Assembly: GCA_964507275.1 (NCBI GenBank)
Contig: CAZDPG010000001.1
Coordinates: 468,577 to 532,576, forward strand
Source: an uncultured Candidatus Saccharibacteria bacterium
Lineage (GTDB): Bacteria > Patescibacteriota > Minisyncoccia > Phycocordibacterales > Phycocordibacteraceae
DNA: 64,000 nt
Direction of reading: 5' to 3'
The position numbers and the translations under genes were made by a program. Under the pieces are notes generated by a model that saw only the letters and a list, made by a program, of their open reading frames with translations, had not been told where the DNA came from and ran no database searches. This document shows positions 49,786 through 58,382 of this stretch, in pieces (within the stretch, counting starts at the first letter, position 1; each line of letters begins with the position of its first letter).

Positions 49786-50502
49786 TTATTTAGCTTTCGC
49801 CCGAGCGATGAGCGCGGCGAACGACTCCTCCGGCTTCTCGATGACGAGGTACTTCGCCGTCATCACGTTAAGCGGATTCAGATTGCGCACTTCCTCGGTC
49901 ATCACGTTGCCGAAATTGCTGAAGCTCTTGATCGCGTTCAGGTCGTACGAAGCGAGTGCGAGGAGCGCTGCGTTCTTCTTCTTAGACACGAGATAGGTCG
50001 CTGCTGCGCCCTCGGCGAGCTTGCCGAGCGCCAACTTCGCTACCTTCGCCTTCGGCTCTGCGAACGCGAACTTGTCGACGAGGATAAGTTCGCCATCCTT
50101 TGCCTTGCGCGAAAGTACCGAAATAAGTGCCTGCGTACGCATCTTCTTATTGATCTTCTCGCTGTAGTCGCGTTCTGAGCGTGGGCCGAACGTGACACCG
50201 CCGTGACGCCAGATTGGCGAGCGCGTGGAGCTGTGGCGAGCCTGGCCAGTGCCCTTCTGCGCCCATGGCTTCTTGCCGCCGCCAGACACCTCAGAGCGGT
50301 CCTTGGTGTTCGCGCGGTTCTGGCGAGCATTTGCCTGCATCGCAGTGGTGACCTGGTGCACGAGGTCTGCGCGCCATGGTGCGGTGAAAAGGCTCTCCGG
50401 AAGAGTGAACATACCAACCTTTGTGCCGTCCATGGAGAAGACCGGCATCTCGAGCGAGACTGCTACTTTTTCCTTCTTCGTCGTTTTCTTTGGAGTAGTC
50501 AT
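49786..50502 (-). CDS. rplD: 50S ribosomal protein L4
   Basis: GGGKKPWAQKGTGQARHSSTRSPIWRHGG is the L4 signature. Start at MTTPKK. Confidence 0.9.
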   Translation of the reverse strand: MTTPKKTTKKEKVAVSLEMPVFSMDGTKVGMFTLPESLFTAPWRADLVHQVTTAMQANARQNRANTKDRSEVSGGGKKPWAQKGTGQARHSSTRSPIWRHGGVTFGPRSERDYSEKINKKMRTQALISVLSRKAKDGELILVDKFAFAEPKAKVAKLALGKLAEGAAATYLVSKKKNAALLALASYDLNAIKSFSNFGNVMTEEVRNLNPLNVMTAKYLVIEKPEESFAALIARAKAK

Positions 50503-50512
50503 GGTATGAAAA

Positions 50513-51127
50513 TTATGCAGACACGACTTCGAGCAGCGTGCCGCGGCGGCCCGGTACGGCACCCGAGATGACGATATGGCCTGCCTTCGCATCGACCGCG
50601 AGGACCTTGAGGTTCGTGACGGTTACCCGGTCCGTACCCATACGGCCGGCCATCTTCTTTCCCTTCACGACACGACCGCCAGCGCGACCGCCTGAACCGC
50701 CGATAGAACCAGGGGAGCGCTCGGTGTGCTTCTGACCGTGACTGCGCGGACCGCCATGGAAACCGTGGCGCTTCACGACGCCTGAGAAGCCCTTACCCTT
50801 GGAAAGGCCTGAGACACGTACGACATCACCGACTGCAAAAGTCGATACGTCGATAACCGCTCCCTCCTCCACGCCTTCTGCGCCACGGAATTCGCGGAGC
50901 GCTTCAAAGCCCTTGCCGTCCGTGTGACCGAGGACCGCCTTACTCACGTTCTTCGTCTTGCGAGAACCCATACCGACCTGGACAGCTGCATAGCCGTCCT
51001 TCCCCGTCTCAGTCTTCACCTGCGTGACCGTCACCGGAGCGACATTCAGAATCGTACCTGCATAGGCACGACCATCATCCGCGAAGACGCGGATCATATT
51101 CTCTTTGGTGGCGAGGATGAATTTCAT
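50513..51127 (-). CDS. rplC: 50S ribosomal protein L3
   Basis: MKFILATKENM...GKGFSGVVKRHGFHGG is canonical L3. Confidence 0.93.
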   Translation of the reverse strand: MKFILATKENMIRVFADDGRAYAGTILNVAPVTVTQVKTETGKDGYAAVQVGMGSRKTKNVSKAVLGHTDGKGFEALREFRGAEGVEEGAVIDVSTFAVGDVVRVSGLSKGKGFSGVVKRHGFHGGPRSHGQKHTERSPGSIGGSGGRAGGRVVKGKKMAGRMGTDRVTVTNLKVLAVDAKAGHIVISGAVPGRRGTLLEVVSA

Positions 51128-51246
51128 TTTTTAAAGCAAAACGCGCGACAGCAAATCGCGTCGCGCGAGTTGCCATAGGTCCGAGCTGACTGCAGCTCGT
51201 ACGTAGCTTTAGGAGCACTCTACACGAACCCAGAAAAAGATGCAAG

Positions 51247-51431
51247 AAACACAAAATCCCGCTAAGCGGGATTGTTTCGTGAAAGATCAATAGGGAGCGA
51301 AGGCCTCCGAGGGTCGTGTGCGCATCTGCCTTGAGCGAGAGCCCGTCGACTGGGATGGCACAAAGTGGCGCCTGAAGCACACACGAATCCCCGGAGGTTA
51401 CCTGGCACAATAGCATGCTCGGACAGAAAAA
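51247..51431 (-). ncRNA. Candidate small RNA or leader element between rpsJ terminator and rplC, paralog of 37471-37684
   Basis: On the minus strand: rpsJ terminator, TTTTTCTGTCC, GCTATTGTGCCAGGT, about 130 nt, then terminator AATCCCGC-TTA-GCGGGATTTTG. Same bounding architecture and motifs as the 37.5-kb locus. Confidence 0.3.
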
Positions 51432-51461
51432 CACACAACCGCCTTTACGGGCGGTTGTGTG
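51432..51461 (-). terminator. Intrinsic terminator after rpsJ
   Basis: Minus strand: CACACAACCGCC-loop-GGCGGTTGTGTG followed by TTTTTCTG. Confidence 0.55.
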
Positions 51462-51480
51462 AGCTGTCTTATGGCGATAG

Positions 51481-51861
51481 CTAGACCATCTTGACGTCGA
51501 TCGTCACTCCACTTGGGAGATTGAGGTTCGTGAGGGCCTCTATCACCTTCGGTGAAGGATTCATGATGTCGATGAGGCGCTTATGGATGCGCATTTCGAA
51601 CTGTTCGCGAGCGTCTTTGTGGACGAACGTCGAACGGTTCACTGTCCAACGCTTGATCTCAGTCGGGAGCGGCACGGGGCCGACGACGACAGCATCGAAG
51701 CGGGCTGCAGTATCCATAATCTGCTTCACCGAGAGATCAAGAATCTTGTGCTCATAGGCACGGACGCGGATACGGAGCTTGTGCTCCACCGGAGCAGCTG
51801 TCGCAGCTGCCTTCTTCGAAACACGTTTTGCTTTTGGCTTTGTCTCCGTCTCTGTTTCCAT
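51481..51861 (-). CDS. rpsJ: 30S ribosomal protein S10 (Lys/Ala-rich N-terminal extension)
   Basis: KLRIRVRAYEHKILD...SPHVDKDSREQFE pattern. About 25-aa N-extension. Confidence 0.9.
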   Translation of the reverse strand: METETETKPKAKRVSKKAAATAAPVEHKLRIRVRAYEHKILDLSVKQIMDTAARFDAVVVGPVPLPTEIKRWTVNRSTFVHKDAREQFEMRIHKRLIDIMNPSPKVIEALTNLNLPSGVTIDVKMV

Positions 51862-51884
51862 ATGAGTTTCGATTCACTCCAGGC

Positions 51885-53084
51885 TTACGCCGTAATCTTC
51901 GTCACGACACCTGCACCGACGGTCTTGCCGCCTTCGCGGATAGCGAAGCGCTGCTGCTCCTCAAGAGCAACCGGGGCGGTGAGCTTCACCTTGAAGGTGA
52001 CCGTATCGCCCGGCATGACCATCTCCTTGCCTTCTGGAAGGGTGACTTCGCCAGTCACGTCCGTAGTACGGATGTAGAACTGCGGCTTGTAACCCGAGAA
52101 GAACGGAGTGTGACGTCCGCCTTCATCCTTGGAGAGGATGTAGACTTCCGAATCGAATTCAGTGTGCGGCGTGACCGAGCCGGTCTTTGCGAGCACCTGG
52201 CCGCGATGCACGTCTTCCTTCTTTGTACCGCGGAGAAGGATACCGGCGTTGTCGCCTGCCTGGCCTTCGCCGAGCTGCTTGTTGAACATTTCGATGCCGG
52301 TGACGGTCGTCTTCATCGTCGGCTTGATACCGACAATCTCGACTTCCTCGCCCACCTTGATCACACCGCGCTCGATGCGGCCGGTAACCACGGTGCCGCG
52401 ACCTTCAATCGAGAAGATGTCCTCAATCGGCATAAGGAACGGCTTGGAGACTTCACGCTCCGGCATATCGAAGTACGAGTCCATCGTGTCGATGAGCTGC
52501 TTCGCCTTCTGTGCCCACTCGTCAGAGACATCCTTTGCTTCGAGCGCCTTCAAGCCCGAACCGCGGATAATCGGCGTATTTGCGCCGTCGTAGCCCTGCT
52601 TCGTGAGAAGCTCGCGGATTTCCTCTTCGACGAGGTCGATGAGGTCAGGCTCTTCCACCATGTCCACCTTGTTCAAGAAGACGATGAGCTTCTTAAGGCC
52701 CACCTGCTTCGCGAGGAGGATGTGCTCGCGCGTCTGAGGCATCACGCCGTCAGTTGCTGCGACCACGAGGACTGCGCCGTCCATCTGAGCGGCACCAGTG
52801 ATCATGTTCTTGATGTAGTCAGCGTGACCCGGTGCATCGATGTGCGCGTAGTGACGGTTCGGTGACTCATACTCCGAGTGGTGGAGCGCGATAGTGATAC
52901 CGCGTGCCTTCTCCTCCGGTGCGGAGTCGATGTTATCGACACCTTCGACGCGGGCGCTGTAGCCCTCAGCGGTCAACATCGAAAGGACATTGAGGATGCC
53001 GGCGGTAAGGGTCGTCTTGCCGTGGTCAACGTGGCCGATGGTGCCTACGTTCAGGTGCGGCTTGTTGCGATTGAATTCTGCCAT
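51885..53084 (-). CDS. tuf: Elongation factor Tu
   Basis: [23 protein letters not shown]-motifs. 399 aa. Confidence 0.97.
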   Translation of the reverse strand: MAEFNRNKPHLNVGTIGHVDHGKTTLTAGILNVLSMLTAEGYSARVEGVDNIDSAPEEKARGITIALHHSEYESPNRHYAHIDAPGHADYIKNMITGAAQMDGAVLVVAATDGVMPQTREHILLAKQVGLKKLIVFLNKVDMVEEPDLIDLVEEEIRELLTKQGYDGANTPIIRGSGLKALEAKDVSDEWAQKAKQLIDTMDSYFDMPEREVSKPFLMPIEDIFSIEGRGTVVTGRIERGVIKVGEEVEIVGIKPTMKTTVTGIEMFNKQLGEGQAGDNAGILLRGTKKEDVHRGQVLAKTGSVTPHTEFDSEVYILSKDEGGRHTPFFSGYKPQFYIRTTDVTGEVTLPEGKEMVMPGDTVTFKVKLTAPVALEEQQRFAIREGGKTVGAGVVTKITA

Positions 53085-53365
53085 AGTGAATCGGTTAATT
53101 TATTGGTTAAATCACGAATTAATCCGACGCTAGTCGGAAAAAGCTCCGGCCAGCTGATTACAGAAAGCAGACAAGCCAAAGAGCGACGCCAAGATGCGTT
53201 ATAGAGACTATACGCAAGGGTGGTAAGAAATGCAACTTGTCGCAGGGACAAAACAACGGCCGCGGCCTTCAATCATGCAGGGTATTGCATATTAATAAAT
53301 ATGTGCTATCATACTAAACGGTGTGCAGTTATGCACCGCCCTTTCCACTGTTATTGGAGACTACT

Positions 53366-53896
53366 ATGTCCAACGTTCTTATGGTTCCAACAAAGCTGTA
53401 TCAGATTAACAGTTACGACGGTTCTGAACTATCGATTGCAGGGTGGTGGAAGATCCCGAAGAAACTCTTCCCGAGTTCGTTACCTCAGCCGATTGGAAGC
53501 AATTTCGACCTACTGTACCTGTGCCTCGAGCTCAAGGTCGTCCAAGATGAAGAGAGCTGGCAGGATGATGGCCCTTTCGTTGCCGAACTAGAGATCGGCA
53601 CGGTGGAGGTGGGCTTTCTTTCCCCACCAATCTTTCTTGCACACAGGACTCTCTCCATCGGACACTTGTGGTCCATAAACGATCGGCGATCTGGGTTTCC
53701 AATCAAACTCCCCGTACCGGCTTATGGAAGGGCGACGTTTGAGGGTTTCCAAAACGAACTGTTCACGAGCATGCTCGCTGGAATCATTCGGAGTCCGAAG
53801 GCCACAGTGCGCTGGGACGAAGAAGGCCTGGTCGCCACGATTAACTTCGGAAACACGTACATTTCGACGCGCGAACACGCAGTAGAGCCAGATTGA
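53366..53896 (+). CDS. Hypothetical protein (lower-GC insertion between tuf and fusA)
   Basis: 176 aa from an ATG with GGAGA SD 6 nt upstream. Upstream TTGCAT-16-TATCAT promoter-like element, own terminator downstream. Lower GC than flanks. No known motif. Confidence 0.5.
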   Translation: MSNVLMVPTKLYQINSYDGSELSIAGWWKIPKKLFPSSLPQPIGSNFDLLYLCLELKVVQDEESWQDDGPFVAELEIGTVEVGFLSPPIFLAHRTLSIGHLWSINDRRSGFPIKLPVPAYGRATFEGFQNELFTSMLAGIIRSPKATVRWDEEGLVATINFGNTYISTREHAVEPD

Positions 53897-53911
53897 TTGG
53901 CTCTGAAGCGC

Positions 53912-53944
53912 AAAACGGCAAGCCATCTGGCTTGCCGTTTTTAC
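53912..53944. terminator. Bidirectional intrinsic terminator (plus-strand hypothetical gene and fusA)
   Basis: AAAACGGCAAGCC-ATCT-GGCTTGCCGTTTTTAC. Confidence 0.65.
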
Positions 53945-53992
53945 TTTTGTGAAATTCCCTGTGCATACCAGGTATGCACAACAAGAATCGAG

Positions 53993-56140
53993 TTATTTAC
54001 GCGACGCGATGATATCCGTCGCGACGTTCGTCGGGACGACATCGTAATGATCGAACTCCATGGTCATGTTGCCACGACCTTCGGTCATCGAGCGGAGCGT
54101 GGTCGTGTAGCCAAACATTTCGGAGAGCGGAACCTTGGCATGAACGGCTTTGTTCATACCACGATCCTCCATACCCTCGATCTGTCCGCGCTTGCCCGAA
54201 ATCGAGCCTGTGATGTCGCCCATGAACTTCTCTGGCACGACAACTTCGACACGCATAATAGGTTCGAGGATGACTGCCTTCGCTCGGCTTGCCGCCTCCT
54301 GGAACGCCATAGAAGCAGCGATCTTGTAGGCGATTTCTGAAGAGTCGACATCGTGATACGAGCCGTCGTAGAGGTCGATAGAGATATCCACCATCGGGAA
54401 GCCGGCGAGCACGCCGCGGCTCATCGCTTCGCGCATACCCTTCTCGACAGGGTTGATGAATTCCTGAGGAATGGCACCTCCCTTGATGTTGTTGATGAAC
54501 TCGAAATGCTCCTCGCGCGTGACGTTCTTCGCGACCTTCGCTTCTGGGTCGACTGGCTCCATCTTCTTCATGCGGATCTTCACATGGCCATACTGACCCT
54601 TCCCTCCAGTCTGCTTGATGTACTTGCCCTCGGCCTCGGACGAACCGAGAATCGTCTCGCGGTATGCCACCTGCGGCTTCCCCACATCAGCAACGACGTT
54701 GAATTCGCGCTTCATGCGGTCAACGAGAATCTCAAGGTGCAGCTCACCCATGCCCGAGATGATAGTCTCATTCGTCTCTTCGTCGGTTTTGATGCGGAAG
54801 GTCGGATCTTCGTCAGAGAGCTTGCGGAGTGCAATACCCATCTTCTCCTGATCAGCCTTGGTCTTCGGTTCGATACGGAGGCTGACCACCGGCTCAGGGA
54901 ATTTGATTTCCTCGAGAATGATCGGGTTCGCCTCGTCGCAGAGCGTATGCGAGGTCTTCGTATCCTTGAGACCCACGGCAGCAGCGATTTCTCCCGTAAA
55001 GACCTTTTCGACTTCTTCGCGCTTATCCGCCTGGAGGCGCACGATGCGGCCGACGCGCTCCTTGGTGCCCGTCGTCGAGTTATACACATACGAACCGGCC
55101 GTAAGCGTCCCTGAGTAGACACGGAAGAACGTGAGCGCACCAACGAACGGGTCAGTCTGGAGCTTGAAAGCGAGCGCGCAGAACGGTTCATCGTCGCTTG
55201 CATGACGCTCAACCGGCTCGCCAGTCTTCGGGTTCGTGCCGGTGACCGGCTTCAAATCGAGTGGGGATGGCAGATAATCGACGACGGCATCGAGTACGAG
55301 CTGCACGCCCTTATTCTTGAGAGCGCTACCGCAATACACTGGGAAGATATCATTATTGATGACCGCCTTGCGGAGAAGGGCGTTCAAAACCTCGAGCGAT
55401 GGCTCGACGCCCTCGAGATAGGCGCTCATCGCAGTATCGTCCTGCTCGACAATACGCTCGACGAGAAGAGCGCGGTATTTCTTCGCATCTTCAAGAAGAT
55501 GCTCAGGAATTTCGCCCTCGATAACCTCCTCGCCCATAGAACCTGCGTAGGAGTATGCCTTCATCTTGAGAAGATCAATCGCACCCTCGTGCTTTTCTTC
55601 CTCGCCAACAGGGATCTGCATGCGAATAGCTTTCGGAGAGAGACGATCGATGATGCTTGCGTACGAATTCTCAAATGATGCGCCAGTGCGGTCGAGTTTA
55701 TTGATAAAACAGACGCGCGGCACAGCGGCCTCGTCGGCATAGCGCCAGTTCGTCTCGGACTGCGGTTCGACACCAGCAACGCCATCGAAGACGACGATAG
55801 CGCCGTCGAGCACGCGCATCGAACGCTTCACCTCAGCGGTGAAGTCGATGTGTCCCGGGGTGTCGATGATATTGAAACGGAATTTCTTGGACGTGTCCTT
55901 CTTATCCTTCTCGGCGGTCTTGGTCCAGAAACAGGTGATTGCGGCCGACGTGATGGTGATACCGCGCTCGCGCTCCTGTTCCATCCAGTCGGTCGTGGTC
56001 TCGCCCTCGTGCACTTCGCCGATCTTGTGCTGGCTGCCAGTATAGAATAGGACGCGTTCGCTGGTCGTCGTCTTACCGGCATCGATGTGGGCGATGATAC
56101 CGAAGTTGCGCACCTTCTCGAGTGGATAGTCGCGATTCAT
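53993..56140 (-). CDS. fusA: Elongation factor G
   Basis: 715 aa. [21 protein letters not shown], and conserved domain IV/V sequences. Confidence 0.97.
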   Translation of the reverse strand: MNRDYPLEKVRNFGIIAHIDAGKTTTSERVLFYTGSQHKIGEVHEGETTTDWMEQERERGITITSAAITCFWTKTAEKDKKDTSKKFRFNIIDTPGHIDFTAEVKRSMRVLDGAIVVFDGVAGVEPQSETNWRYADEAAVPRVCFINKLDRTGASFENSYASIIDRLSPKAIRMQIPVGEEEKHEGAIDLLKMKAYSYAGSMGEEVIEGEIPEHLLEDAKKYRALLVERIVEQDDTAMSAYLEGVEPSLEVLNALLRKAVINNDIFPVYCGSALKNKGVQLVLDAVVDYLPSPLDLKPVTGTNPKTGEPVERHASDDEPFCALAFKLQTDPFVGALTFFRVYSGTLTAGSYVYNSTTGTKERVGRIVRLQADKREEVEKVFTGEIAAAVGLKDTKTSHTLCDEANPIILEEIKFPEPVVSLRIEPKTKADQEKMGIALRKLSDEDPTFRIKTDEETNETIISGMGELHLEILVDRMKREFNVVADVGKPQVAYRETILGSSEAEGKYIKQTGGKGQYGHVKIRMKKMEPVDPEAKVAKNVTREEHFEFINNIKGGAIPQEFINPVEKGMREAMSRGVLAGFPMVDISIDLYDGSYHDVDSSEIAYKIAASMAFQEAASRAKAVILEPIMRVEVVVPEKFMGDITGSISGKRGQIEGMEDRGMNKAVHAKVPLSEMFGYTTTLRSMTEGRGNMTMEFDHYDVVPTNVATDIIASRK

Positions 56141-56280
56141 AAAGGATTTGAAAAAATAATCCGCCTACTGGCGGACGCCGAAGCGTTGCTTAGAGGATAG
56201 CCCAAACCGGAGAAATTGCAAAGCGTGACCGGACGAAGTACTATCGTAGACGGAAGTCCAACAACAACTGGAGAAGCATC

Positions 56281-56529
56281 ATGGCACGCGAGAAACCAGA
56301 ACTTGAAATAGACCTTGACTGGGTCGAACGTGAAGTAGCATTGGTTGCCAGGCAGGGCGACCAGAAACTACGGGCGTTCGTGGAAGACACTACCCAGAGA
56401 CTGCAAGCAGGCAGGACACATTTCGAAAGGATCCATTCGGGGAAACCCATCGGGAACAATCTTCTGATCATGCAGCTCCATTTCTTCATTCTCGAGAAAA
56501 TCGGACATGGAGACCCCGGCCCTATATGA
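56281..56529 (+). CDS. Small hypothetical protein (plus-strand ORF between rpsG and fusA)
   Basis: 82 aa. GGAGAAG SD 5 nt before ATG. Followed by a terminator hairpin. No homology recognised. Confidence 0.35.
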   Translation: MAREKPELEIDLDWVEREVALVARQGDQKLRAFVEDTTQRLQAGRTHFERIHSGKPIGNNLLIMQLHFFILEKIGHGDPGPI

Positions 56530-56546
56530 TCTTGCTCCATCAATGA

Positions 56547-56570
56547 AAAGCCCGTCTCACGACGGGCTTT
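56547..56570. terminator. Bidirectional intrinsic terminator (rpsG and small plus-strand ORF)
   Basis: AAAGCCCGTC-TCAC-GACGGGCTTT with T runs on both strands. Confidence 0.6.
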
Positions 56571-56592
56571 AGACTTTTCTATCAAATGTTTA

Positions 56593-57060
56593 TTACCAGG
56601 CGAAGTGGGCGAAGGCCTTGTTGGCATCAGCCATGCGATGCATCTCGTCCTTCTTCTTGATAGCATCGCCTTCATTCTTGGCAGCAAGCAGGAGCTCGGC
56701 GGCAAGTTTTTCTGCCATCGGCTTCCCTTTCTTATTGCGCGCGGCATTGATAATCCAACGGAATGAGAGCGCGAGACGACGGTTCTGCGGAACTTCGCGC
56801 GGGACCTGATAGTTCGCGCCGCCGACGCGACGGCTGCGCACTTCCATGAGCGGGGACGCATTGCGGAGCGCTGATTCAAAGGTCTCGAGGGCGTTTGCGC
56901 CATCGGTCTCTTCTATCTTGGCAAATGCACCGTAGACGACTGCACGAGCAGTATCCTTCTTACCGTCCCACATGACGGCGTTGATGAAACGAGTGAGCGT
57001 CTCTGAACCGTACTTGAGGTCCGGTCGCCAGGTTCGCTGCTTTTTAAGAGGTCGGCGCAT
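56593..57060 (-). CDS. rpsG: 30S ribosomal protein S7
   Basis: Canonical S7 (PDLKYGSE...LVTRFINAVM). Confidence 0.95.
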   Translation of the reverse strand: MRRPLKKQRTWRPDLKYGSETLTRFINAVMWDGKKDTARAVVYGAFAKIEETDGANALETFESALRNASPLMEVRSRRVGGANYQVPREVPQNRRLALSFRWIINAARNKKGKPMAEKLAAELLLAAKNEGDAIKKKDEMHRMADANKAFAHFAW

Positions 57061-57068
57061 AGAAAATA

Positions 57069-57476
57069 TTATTTAGGACGCTTCGCGCCATATCGCGAAC
57101 GGGATGTGCGGCGCTTATCGAGACCGGCAGTGTCGAGCTTGCCGCGCACGATCGTGTACTGCACGCCGATGTCTTTCACGCGACCGCCACGAAGGAGGAC
57201 GACGGAGTGTTCCTGCAGGTTGTGCGTCTCGCCTGGGACATAGGCAGTTACTTCCATGCCATTGGTCAGGCGGACGCGGGCGATCTTACGGATAGCGGAG
57301 TTCGGCTTGCGTGGGGTCTTCGTGGTCACCTTGGTGCAGACGCCGCGCTTGAAAGGCGAAGCGTAGAAGGTCGGACGATTCTTGAGCGCGTTGAAGCCGC
57401 GGGCAAGCGCAGGCTTGCTCGTCTTCGAGGTCTTGGTCGTGCGTCCCTTCTTGGACAGCTGATTGATGGTTGCCAT
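57069..57476 (-). CDS. rpsL: 30S ribosomal protein S12
   Basis: MATINQL...[10 protein letters not shown]...VRGG is canonical S12. Confidence 0.95.
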   Translation of the reverse strand: MATINQLSKKGRTTKTSKTSKPALARGFNALKNRPTFYASPFKRGVCTKVTTKTPRKPNSAIRKIARVRLTNGMEVTAYVPGETHNLQEHSVVLLRGGRVKDIGVQYTIVRGKLDTAGLDKRRTSRSRYGAKRPK

Positions 57477-57538
57477 TTAGAAAACCCGCGAACGCGGGAT
57501 ACAGGCACTATATATAAAGGTGCGAGAGAATGCAACTA

Positions 57539-58375
57539 TCAGCCCTTATCCTCATCAATTGGCTCGCGGTACGGGTCGGTAGCATAGGACCTATTGGAAG
57601 GGAGAGGGGCAGGCTTTGGCGTTTCGACTGAAAGAGGAGTGCTGGGTTCTGGCTGCGACGAAACAGTCGGCATAGACACCTCCGGCAGGGTGCCCGGAAG
57701 ATTCACCGGAATGGAGTTTGGGACAATTCGGCTTCCGAAAACCTGTGGCTGTTCGTCCTTCTTTTCGATTACCGAAGGGGTCTTGGGCGGCTCTGCAGGC
57801 TTTGGGGTCGGAGTCTCTATACTCTTGAGCGATGGAGAAGGCTCTTCATGATCTTCGAGAAGCAGTCTGCTATCAAGCAGCCTCGCTGGCGCAAGCAAAA
57901 CGGATCGCACAACATCCCCGAGCGTTGTTGAAGGACGGGCGGGTTTCGTCGGCTTCGGTGGTAGCGGCGTGAGAGGTTCGTCTTTCTTTATCAGATTGGT
58001 AATGCCTTTCGGCGGCATGATTGCCGGCTCCGACATCTTGCTCATGCCGATTTTCTGCTCCTCGGTGCGAAGCGGTATGAACACCTGCTCGTTCACATCG
58101 AGCGCGATACTGTCGACTATTTTCTTATCAAGTCGCGCTTCTTCCGTAAGCGCCTGTGCGAACTCTTGCGGAGTCTCAATACCCATAAGGAGAAGCATGA
58201 TTTCGCGCTCGAGAACGCCTGCCTGATCAATACGCAAGCCGTATTTGGTCGTGAGATTCCGTGCGACTGTGGTGTATTTCCCCGCCGACAGGTAGTCCCG
58301 TATGATCGGCGGCAGTGTCCGCATCACCTGCGAGATGCTTTCTTCAAGATTTGGTGTTTGTTGGTCTTCGTTCAT
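57539..58375 (-). CDS. Hypothetical protein with Pro/Thr/Lys-rich C-terminal half
   Basis: 278 aa. Structured N-terminal ~110 aa, then low-complexity PxP repeats (PKPTKPARP, TPTPKPAEPPKTP). Confidence 0.5.
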   Translation of the reverse strand: MNEDQQTPNLEESISQVMRTLPPIIRDYLSAGKYTTVARNLTTKYGLRIDQAGVLEREIMLLLMGIETPQEFAQALTEEARLDKKIVDSIALDVNEQVFIPLRTEEQKIGMSKMSEPAIMPPKGITNLIKKDEPLTPLPPKPTKPARPSTTLGDVVRSVLLAPARLLDSRLLLEDHEEPSPSLKSIETPTPKPAEPPKTPSVIEKKDEQPQVFGSRIVPNSIPVNLPGTLPEVSMPTVSSQPEPSTPLSVETPKPAPLPSNRSYATDPYREPIDEDKG

Positions 58376-58382
58376 AGCTCAA

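Noticed and set aside
51828-55114. Long plus-strand ORFs (51828-52865, 54353-55114) overlapping tuf and fusA
   Set aside because: Antisense to EF-Tu and EF-G, which are unambiguous. Composition is typical of GC-rich shadow ORFs.
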